NCBI RefSeq assembly: GCF_000146505.1
Contig: NC_017448.1
Coordinates: forward strand, 1,860,001-1,892,000
Length of the DNA: 32,000 nt
Reading direction: 5' to 3'
DNA from: Fibrobacter succinogenes subsp. succinogenes S85
Lineage (GTDB): Bacteria > Fibrobacterota > Fibrobacteria > Fibrobacterales > Fibrobacteraceae
Below, piece by piece: positions 1 to 6,806 of this stretch. The translations under genes and the position numbers were made by a program. Position 1 is the first letter of the stretch. The number at the start of each line of letters is the position of its first letter. The notes under the pieces are model-generated. The model ran no database searches. It was not told the origin of the DNA and saw only the letters and a program-made list of their open reading frames with translations.

Positions 1-30
1 CGTAAAATTAAACGCGCAAGTGTTTGAAAG

Positions 31-57
31 GCCTCCGCAACTGCGGAGGCTTTTTTT
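31..57 (+). terminator. Rho-independent terminator of an off-window upstream + strand gene
   Basis: Perfect 8-bp stem GCCTCCGC / GCGGAGGC (31-38 / 43-50) with loop AACT, followed by a T7 run (51-57). Confidence 0.7.
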
Positions 58-111
58 GTATTCAAGATGTTGGTTCAAGACACCGCTCGCAGGATGCCGC
101 AAAGCGCCCAC

Positions 112-140
112 TTGACATTTCGCACCGCAAAGACGATATT
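112..140 (+). promoter_or_regulatory. Candidate sigma70-type promoter for the PARG-like gene
   Basis: TTGACA (112-117), a 17-nt spacer, then GATATT (135-140). It lies 22 nt upstream of the ATG at 163. Confidence 0.4.
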
Positions 141-162
141 AAGGGAAATACACTAGGTAATT

Positions 163-1020
163 ATGCAAAACAAAATTGACTACAAGAAATTAAACATCGA
201 AGTTTACGAAGACACTGCAGAACGTTGCCGCACAAACGCTCGATTGCGCAATTCTATTGAACGCTCTATACACGAACAGAAATTCACCGGAGAGCGAGAA
301 AACGTCGTTGTTGAGAGCCGCGAAATTTTCGCCGAACGTGCCAACATCATCGTCTCGCAAAAACGTACACTTGAAGCCGCCAAAGCATACGCAAACACAA
401 AAGTCGCAGTCCTTAACTTTGCATCCGCATCGCACCCAGGCGGCGGCGTGACAACGGGAGCAGGCGCCCAAGAAGAAAGCATCTGCAGATGTTCCACATT
501 GCACCCATGCCTCCTGGCACCGAAAATGGAAAAGCTTTTCTACGAGCCGCATTGGCACCAGAAAAATGCGCTCCATGATGACGACTGCATTTACACACCT
601 GGCGTAACGGTCATCAAGACCGACACATCCGCCCCCGAATTGCTAGACGAATCCGATTGGTACAACGTAGATGTTATCACCTGTGCTGCACCGAACTTGC
701 GCAATTTTGAACGCAAAAAAGAGTTGCTAGTTGATAAATACGGCTGCGGTTCTATCACCGACGAAGGTCTAAAGCAACTGCACATCAAGAGGCTCCGCCG
801 CATTTTGGATATCGCCATTTTGAACAATGCCGAAAGCATTATCCTCGGAGCATTCGGTTGCGGGGCATTCATGAACGACCCAAGAATCGTCGCAAACGCC
901 ACCGCCGAAGCCATCAAGGATTACCTGCACGCGTTCAAGAATATTGAATTCGCCGTATTCTGCCGACCCGGCTTTGAGCAGAACTACAAGGAGTTCTGCA
1001 AATTGCGGGAGGTAGGGTAA
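163..1020 (+). CDS. Bacterial-type poly(ADP-ribose) glycohydrolase-like macrodomain protein (DUF2263 / TIGR02452-like)
   Basis: 285 aa ORF. It carries the PARG signature GGG-X7-QEE (GGGVTTGAGAQEE, residues 93-105, nt 439-477) inside VLNFASASHPGGG. Downstream are DVITCAAPN and LGAFGCGAFMNDP, typical of this macrodomain family. Confidence 0.8.
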   Translation: MQNKIDYKKLNIEVYEDTAERCRTNARLRNSIERSIHEQKFTGERENVVVESREIFAERANIIVSQKRTLEAAKAYANTKVAVLNFASASHPGGGVTTGAGAQEESICRCSTLHPCLLAPKMEKLFYEPHWHQKNALHDDDCIYTPGVTVIKTDTSAPELLDESDWYNVDVITCAAPNLRNFERKKELLVDKYGCGSITDEGLKQLHIKRLRRILDIAILNNAESIILGAFGCGAFMNDPRIVANATAEAIKDYLHAFKNIEFAVFCRPGFEQNYKEFCKLREVG

Positions 1021-1043
1021 GGTGTACTTTGTCTTGGGTAATT

Positions 1044-2357
1044 TTAAGCGATAACAGGTGTGAACCCTCTTTTGTGCGTGTAGCACAAAGGAATCTTTTT
1101 CGTAGAATCGTCTGCAATTTTGACAATTGTTAGACTGGTTCGTTCAAGCAGCCAAATATCATCAGCTTCTTGCGTGATTTCCAGGACTTCATTGAGTTCA
1201 GTCAATGGAGCGGGTTTCGGTTCATCAAATTTTGCGCGACTTAGCGGGCAGAGAATCAAAATGGATATATTCAATTCCATGGCGAGATTTTTCAGCGTCC
1301 AAGTCGCCATCTTTAATGATTCAGCCTTATTTGCGCTAGAACGAATTTTCAGCAAATGCAGGTAATCAATGATTAGCACGTCTAATGACTTCAGTTGTTT
1401 GTAGAGTCTTGCTTTTTGAGCCAGCTCTGTAAGATCCATATTGGTCGCATCTTCAATTCGTAGATGCGAATGCATGATTTTACCCACCGATGTCACGAGC
1501 ATTTGAGTCTCGGTTTTATCAAGCGCTTCTTCGCAAATTTTACTATAGTCTACACCAGCATACTGGCAAAGGAGCTGTTCGCCACGCCGCGTTCCACAGT
1601 TATCCAAGCTGAAATAAACGACACCCTTGCCATCATCCAACGCAGCACTCGCCGCAACGTTCAACGCAAACGTTCTGATTCCGACCCCCGCATGCGCCGC
1701 AAGAATTGTCAATGCACCTCTACGAAGACGATTCGCCCAGTCCGCCTTACCCGTGTAAGAGCGTTCCATTTCGGCTTGCAACTTTTTCAGATTATTGATT
1801 TTTTGCGGCAGAAATTTTTCAAGGCATTTCTTTTGCTTCACAAAAATTTTATGAATTGCATCTTCGAGCGAAAGCGGTTCCAACAGCAAGGCGGCACATT
1901 GCGCATTGCCCGAATATTCATCAAGCTGCTTTTGTGCAGAATCATCAAATTCACGCCAAATGCTGGGCTTCGGAAACCACTGTGCAATACTTGTAAGCGC
2001 AAACTTGTGTGTATCTTGTAGCATCCCGCAATTTTTCGCAGACTTTTCTACGCATTCCTTGTCAAAAGCCCCAACAATCGTTTGCATTGTTTCGTAGGCG
2101 CGGATGGCACGAGTCATCTTGTCAAGAGCTTTTGCCTTGTCAGTGGAATTTTCGTCAATTCCATCAGTGGGCGGAAATTCCTTTTCTGCAGGAGCGTACG
2201 CTGGATCAAATTCGCAACAATCATCTTCAAAGACCAAGTCCAGCGAATCACATAGATAACCGTAAAATTCTCGCACGTAATTGTAGTAGCGGAAAGCCTT
2301 GTTAATTTCATTTTCTGCCAACGACTCAAAACTGTCTGTCATCTTGTCTTTGAACAT
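1044..2357 (-). CDS. DnaB C-terminal-domain-like RecA-fold protein with degenerate Walker A and an unknown ~210 aa N-terminal region
   Basis: ORF 1044..2435, with the start moved to the MFKDKM ATG at 2357, which is preceded by AAAGGAGGCTCTT. The C-terminal half aligns by eye to DnaB_C: LAAHAGVGIRTFALNVAA versus IAARPsMGKTAFALNIA, YFSLDN versus FSLEMS, VLIIDYLHLL versus LIvIDYLQLM, CPLSR versus SQLSR, and EITQEADDIWLLER versus IEQDADvVxFiYR. There is no DnaB N-terminal domain. Confidence 0.7.
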   Translation of the reverse strand: MFKDKMTDSFESLAENEINKAFRYYNYVREFYGYLCDSLDLVFEDDCCEFDPAYAPAEKEFPPTDGIDENSTDKAKALDKMTRAIRAYETMQTIVGAFDKECVEKSAKNCGMLQDTHKFALTSIAQWFPKPSIWREFDDSAQKQLDEYSGNAQCAALLLEPLSLEDAIHKIFVKQKKCLEKFLPQKINNLKKLQAEMERSYTGKADWANRLRRGALTILAAHAGVGIRTFALNVAASAALDDGKGVVYFSLDNCGTRRGEQLLCQYAGVDYSKICEEALDKTETQMLVTSVGKIMHSHLRIEDATNMDLTELAQKARLYKQLKSLDVLIIDYLHLLKIRSSANKAESLKMATWTLKNLAMELNISILILCPLSRAKFDEPKPAPLTELNEVLEITQEADDIWLLERTSLTIVKIADDSTKKIPLCYTHKRGFTPVIA

Positions 2358-2431
2358 AAGAGCCTCCTTTGTACATCCCAAAATATACCATGACCATACG
2401 ACAACTGTTGACGCATGAAGCAGGCGGACAA

Positions 2432-3694
2432 TCATCCACTCACAGGAATATACGCGACATGGTTTCGCTTTAGCCTTTTAATCCATTTGGCGTGTTCATT
2501 GTAGTTTGATTTTCCGCAGAGCACCCACAGCACGTCTATGGGGCGCTTGGTGTTGAATTTTGGCGGAGGGGCGTAACCGTCAGTAAAGTAGATGAGTCCA
2601 TCATATTCGGGGTGCGCACAGTAATAATCAGCGGCAGGCTGAAAACTTGTTCCTCCGCGGCCCATGATTTTTACGGTTTTGCGCGCCTTTTTTAACGGTT
2701 CGGGCTCGCCTTGAATTTTGGAATCAAACTGCAAAACATCTAGTTTTTCAACACCATATTTAAAGAGCCGGTTAATCACCGAGAAGAAAAATTGCAAGTT
2801 CTTGTCCGTGACAGACCCGCTCACGTCAACAGCAATGAGTAAATTCGTTGAAAGCTCGTAGCGGCTGCCCATGGCATCAAAACCGAAACGTCGATTAGGA
2901 CGCATGCGAGTAAGTCGACGCTTGCTAGAAATCACTGATGTCTTAAACAGACTCAGCATTTTGCGGTAGTCCATATTGACTTTCTTACTTGCCCTGATAA
3001 CGCCTTGCAACTTCTTAGAAATTGATCCCCAGTTATTACTAGCTTCGGCAATTTCGATAAAGCCATTTATATCACAGCAAGCCGATTCGTCTTCTTCCCA
3101 TAACTCCGAAATTTGCGCATCTAGTTTTTCTTGCGTGTCGTTTTTTCCTTGCGTGCTGCGAGAATTGCCGCTGTTCGCGCACGTTTCTCCAAATTCGCTC
3201 GATTCGCAAGATTCGCCTTCGCCCTGCGCAGCCTCGCTGACATCGTTCGGAATCCCGCGGCCATCCGATGGAGCAAAAGGCATAACTGTATCCTTGAGCA
3301 AACTGTAATACTCTTCAAAGCACAAACCACTAGGTAAATTCAATTCTGCGCCGCTCATCAGTCTTTTGACAACGGGCGGAACTTCATAAACATCGTTAAG
3401 CGTGATGTTGCTCGCTCGTGTGAGCAACTGTTTCATTGCAAACGGAGGTTGTCGCTGATACGGGTGCTTGAGTAAAATGCGGAACATTTCAACTTTCAAA
3501 AATTCAGCCAACACAACATCTGAGACGTTGTTCAAAAGCTTCGGGGCAAATTCAACCTTTCTATTCCCAGTTCGCATTGATACATCAAGCGAATCATTCT
3601 CGTAAAATTCGTGACTGCAGTACACAGCAAACAAGAGCGGTTCCGTCAAGAACCATCGTTCACCAATTTTCTTTATTCTATCCAATACAGTCAT
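2432..3694 (-). CDS. vWA-domain protein of the DUF2201 type (metallopeptidase-like N-domain plus C-terminal vWA)
   Basis: 420 aa. The N-terminus (WFLTEPLLFAVY ... KVEMFRILLKH) resembles DUF2201_N. The C-terminal vWA has the MIDAS motif DVSGS (residues 290-294), then GGTSF and FTDGY. An acidic, Ser-rich linker lies between the two domains. Confidence 0.7.
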   Translation of the reverse strand: MTVLDRIKKIGERWFLTEPLLFAVYCSHEFYENDSLDVSMRTGNRKVEFAPKLLNNVSDVVLAEFLKVEMFRILLKHPYQRQPPFAMKQLLTRASNITLNDVYEVPPVVKRLMSGAELNLPSGLCFEEYYSLLKDTVMPFAPSDGRGIPNDVSEAAQGEGESCESSEFGETCANSGNSRSTQGKNDTQEKLDAQISELWEEDESACCDINGFIEIAEASNNWGSISKKLQGVIRASKKVNMDYRKMLSLFKTSVISSKRRLTRMRPNRRFGFDAMGSRYELSTNLLIAVDVSGSVTDKNLQFFFSVINRLFKYGVEKLDVLQFDSKIQGEPEPLKKARKTVKIMGRGGTSFQPAADYYCAHPEYDGLIYFTDGYAPPPKFNTKRPIDVLWVLCGKSNYNEHAKWIKRLKRNHVAYIPVSG

Positions 3695-3727
3695 AGATTT
3701 AAATTATCAGTTCAACGAGTCTCCGCC

Positions 3728-4807
3728 TTAAATTGACTTGATAAATTCCGTAATTTTCTTATACAGTTTTGGACAATGCATAATGACAAACGTCATCGTT
3801 GACGGGTATAGCGAAGACGAATACAAGTTTGCGAAATGCGCCTGCGCCTCGCGGAATTTTTCGCCCGAAAGGAACTCAAAATAAGCGGCAAAATTCGCAG
3901 CCACCCTTGCCACCATTTCAGTATCTTTCTCGTCGTAGTTTTTCGTTTCAATAAAACGGAAGACTAATTCGTTCACGGAGGCAAGTTCCGGCGTAGAACA
4001 TTTTTTAAGTGCAGTCTTTTGCTTTGCAAAATCACCAAGCAAAATTTCCTTTGCACTTGGCAAGCGTTTCCGGTTGATTGTCGCAAAGAACTTTGTTGCG
4101 GCAGGCATACCGATGATTCCCGCAATAATCGTTTTCAAAAGCGAAGAGACCTCGTTCGTCTGTAATATCTTTGAAACGCGTTTCCATCCGCGACGGTCAG
4201 GAGATTTTTCAAGTCCTTGGTCTTCGCGAGTAAAGGCGGCACCGTCAAGCATTTCCGGATTTTCAGAAATGAAATCAATCACGCGACTGTCCAGCCCCGC
4301 CTTTGAAGCCCACAACAGCCATTCTTGCGCAGTGGGCCTAAATTCGTAAATGTTAAAACGGCTCACAAGTGCCGGATCCAAATCCGTCAACTGATATTCT
4401 TCACCATCGTTCACCGCGCTAATCACACGCGAGCCCTCAGGCAATTTGCGCCCCGCAAGCGTGCGATTTAACGTCAAATCCATAATGGTCTGTAACACTT
4501 CCGGGCGAGCGCGATTCAGCTCATCCAAAAACAACACCACCGGCTTGCCATCCGTCGGGAACCAATACGGCGGCATAAACAAAGTCTTACCCGTTGCCTC
4601 GTCAAGTCGCGGGAGGCCAATCAAATCGCCCGGATCACTCATCTGCCCCAAAAACAGAATCACCACGCGCTCGCCACGCGATGTAAAGAACTTCTCCAGG
4701 ATTTGCGACTTGCCAATTCCATGCTTGCCCGTAAGCATTATATTTTGCGAGGCGGGAGTCGCCTCCAACAAGCTTTCCAGTTCTCGTGCATTTATACGTA
4801 CAGACAT
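3728..4807 (-). CDS. MoxR-like AAA+ ATPase (AAA_5 type)
   Basis: 359 aa. Walker A is GKHGIGKS. Walker B is VVLFLDELNRARPEVLQTIMDLTLNRTL. SAVN and LVSRF segments follow. GAGG lies 7 nt upstream of the ATG, and the gap to the upstream gene stop is only 8 nt. Confidence 0.8.
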   Translation of the reverse strand: MSVRINARELESLLEATPASQNIMLTGKHGIGKSQILEKFFTSRGERVVILFLGQMSDPGDLIGLPRLDEATGKTLFMPPYWFPTDGKPVVLFLDELNRARPEVLQTIMDLTLNRTLAGRKLPEGSRVISAVNDGEEYQLTDLDPALVSRFNIYEFRPTAQEWLLWASKAGLDSRVIDFISENPEMLDGAAFTREDQGLEKSPDRRGWKRVSKILQTNEVSSLLKTIIAGIIGMPAATKFFATINRKRLPSAKEILLGDFAKQKTALKKCSTPELASVNELVFRFIETKNYDEKDTEMVARVAANFAAYFEFLSGEKFREAQAHFANLYSSSLYPSTMTFVIMHCPKLYKKITEFIKSI

Positions 4808-4815
4808 ACAGACCT

Positions 4816-5568
4816 CTACAGTTTTAAGATTCCCTTTGTCATTGAAATATCCACAGGAAACGGCATCGTTTCAAGCAAGCCTTCAACGCTTTTGAGCACA
4901 TTAGGTATTGCAGGAATTCTTTTCGTGAAATTTTTATCGTTCAGCGAAATTTCAATCATTCGTTTTTTACCCAATTCAATCTGGAGCAAAAAGTATTTAC
5001 CCTTGTCAGCCAAATTCCATTCGTGACTCAATTGCGACATCATCTGAGCGACGCATGTTTTCAGGCTTAATCTTGATATTTCCTTAAGCTTAGCTTTCTT
5101 CTCAAATTCAACTTTTTCGTTTTCAAGCGCAGTAAGATGCGCCGGGAAATTATCGATAAAGTTCTTTATATTCTTAATGGTCTGCAGCAAGTCGCAAGTA
5201 TCAACCCGATGAGAAAAGGAGTCAATTCCATCGGTTTTAAAATGCACATAATACAACGAATCAGCCAGAATAAATTCAATTGATGAATTCGCTGCGTTCA
5301 GATCAGTGACAATCCTAATTCCACATATTTTATCGCCCTGCTGGAACATATCCCGCTGGAACGCATCACCTTGACTTTTACCCGACCTCACTACATTGCA
5401 CTTGCACCCTGGATAGTGGCTTTTCATCTCATTGTACGCACAAAGGACCTCCCCTTCGGAAGGCGCACACCCACGTTTTCCAGGGACAAGAAGCCCGCAA
5501 ACCCGTTTTTCCCAATACCAGCGAGCAACCGTTTCAAAACTTTCCTTTTTTAAAATCCTGCTAATCAT
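4816..5568 (-). CDS. Hypothetical protein, first gene of the operon, no recognisable domain
   Basis: 250 aa ORF with an N-terminal Cys cluster (C24, C34, C43, C55, C57) and a central predicted coiled segment (LTALENEKVEFEKKAKLKEISRL). It is tightly coupled to the AAA+ gene. A TATATTAT -10-like box lies about 20 nt upstream. Confidence 0.6.
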   Translation of the reverse strand: MISRILKKESFETVARWYWEKRVCGLLVPGKRGCAPSEGEVLCAYNEMKSHYPGCKCNVVRSGKSQGDAFQRDMFQQGDKICGIRIVTDLNAANSSIEFILADSLYYVHFKTDGIDSFSHRVDTCDLLQTIKNIKNFIDNFPAHLTALENEKVEFEKKAKLKEISRLSLKTCVAQMMSQLSHEWNLADKGKYFLLQIELGKKRMIEISLNDKNFTKRIPAIPNVLKSVEGLLETMPFPVDISMTKGILKL

Positions 5569-5656
5569 ATCTATACCCCACGCATAATATAGAACCGGGA
5601 TACGTCAAATAACGACGCATAGACAAGCCGCGCAAAAAGTCAGGCATTTTTCTTAA

Positions 5657-5676
5657 CGTGTATATGACAATACACG
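5657..5676. promoter_or_regulatory. Perfect 7-6-7 palindrome, candidate operator between the WYL regulator and the operon
   Basis: CGTGTAT-ATGACA-ATACACG lies in the 159-bp gap between the regulator stop (5728) and the operon start (5568). No adjacent T-run is present, so it is not a classical terminator. Confidence 0.35.
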
Positions 5677-5727
5677 CACAATCATTATCGTAATGACTAG
5701 TTTTTTAAGGTTGTATTTTTTTGAAGC

Positions 5728-6741
5728 TCACCCGTAAATTGAACGCAAATATTCCCCATATTCCTTGAGGCGCATTTGCAGCGAAGCGGGCTTTATGACG
5801 CGGGCGGCAGTTGAGAATGACACAACCCAGTTCACCAAAAGCTGGTTCACATCAGCTTTCATTTTCACCAAGATTTCGCCATTTTTGGCTAGTCTCATGT
5901 GCATCGTTCGGTTGAACTTGTTTTCCATAAGGTAAAGGCTAGCGCTCATTTCAAATTCAATTTCAACATCTTCAGGATGGGGTTCCTGCTCGCTCATGAA
6001 CGCAGCCCCTGACGTGACCTGCCGACGCAACTTTTCCAGAACTTTCGGATTTTCCACAAACGTTTCCTTGGAGAGTTGCACCTTAACCATTCGCCGGAAC
6101 TTGAGCGTATAGGTGGCATCTTTGACTTTTTCGGATTCGCAACCCACGTAAATTTCGTTCTGATAAACGATAATCATCAAGGGGATGCGGGTTGATTTCT
6201 TGTAAGCGGAGGCGGTTCTGTAAAACACATCAATTTTACGGTGGTCGTGAATCGCCTGGAGAATCGTCCGCATTTTTTCACTAGCATTTTCTTCAATGTC
6301 CGGCGGAGTCCCCATGAAAATGATTTTCGTGTTCAGCTCTTCACCGAGATGGCGGAGCGATTTCTGTTCGCGGCCCGGCAAACTTTTTTCGATGCGCTCC
6401 AGAAGTTGCGAAATAATTTCACTCGTGGCGGGGTAAATATTCGCGATGCGTTTGAGGAACACGAAATGGAGCATCGTATTTTCAAAATTCGGGAACAGGA
6501 GTCTCTCGGCATTGCGAAGCGCCGAGGTGTAATAAGATGTACGCCCAACAGTATCAACTGCGATGTAGCGGCCACCATCCATTTCCGAAAGGAAGCGCAT
6601 GTCGCGTTGCACATTGCGGCGTTCACTCTCAGGAATTTCAAACGAAGTCATCAAGTCGCTGATGGTAAATTTCTTTTCCGGATTTGAAATCACTTTCGCA
6701 AAAAGTTGCACAGTGCGTTCACCGCGAGTCATGTCCGCCAT
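5728..6741 (-). CDS. wHTH-WYL-WCX transcriptional regulator (BrxR/CapW/YafY-like)
   Basis: ORF 5728..6804, with the start moved to the MADMTRGER ATG at 6741, which is preceded by AGGAGTTTTT. The N-terminal wHTH is FTISDLMTSFEIPESERRNVQRDMRFL. The central WYL-like beta segment is IDVFYRTASAYKKSTRIPLMIIVYQNEIYVGCE...YTLKFRRMVKV. The C-terminus (NWVVSFSTAARVIKPASLQMRLKEY) is typical of the WCX tail. Confidence 0.7.
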   Translation of the reverse strand: MADMTRGERTVQLFAKVISNPEKKFTISDLMTSFEIPESERRNVQRDMRFLSEMDGGRYIAVDTVGRTSYYTSALRNAERLLFPNFENTMLHFVFLKRIANIYPATSEIISQLLERIEKSLPGREQKSLRHLGEELNTKIIFMGTPPDIEENASEKMRTILQAIHDHRKIDVFYRTASAYKKSTRIPLMIIVYQNEIYVGCESEKVKDATYTLKFRRMVKVQLSKETFVENPKVLEKLRRQVTSGAAFMSEQEPHPEDVEIEFEMSASLYLMENKFNRTMHMRLAKNGEILVKMKADVNQLLVNWVVSFSTAARVIKPASLQMRLKEYGEYLRSIYG

Positions 6742-6806
6742 AAAAACTCCTGAAGATGTTTTATTAAAAATATAATCAAATACGACAAATGTGGACGCAT
6801 GCAAAT

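Noticed and set aside
1044-2357. Annotating this gene as the replicative helicase dnaB.
   Set aside because: It lacks the DnaB N-terminal domain, has a broken Walker A (GIRT) and an altered catalytic Glu context, and sits in an accessory operon.
2358-2435. N-terminal extensions of the tracked ORFs at 2358-2435. The same applies to 6742-6804, 13391-13507 and 29542-29580.
   Set aside because: Internal ATGs have clear Shine-Dalgarno-like sequences (AGGAGG, AGGAG, GGGAG, AAGGGG). They give sensible N-termini such as signal peptides or domain starts. The extensions would overlap upstream genes or encode implausible hydrophobic leaders.
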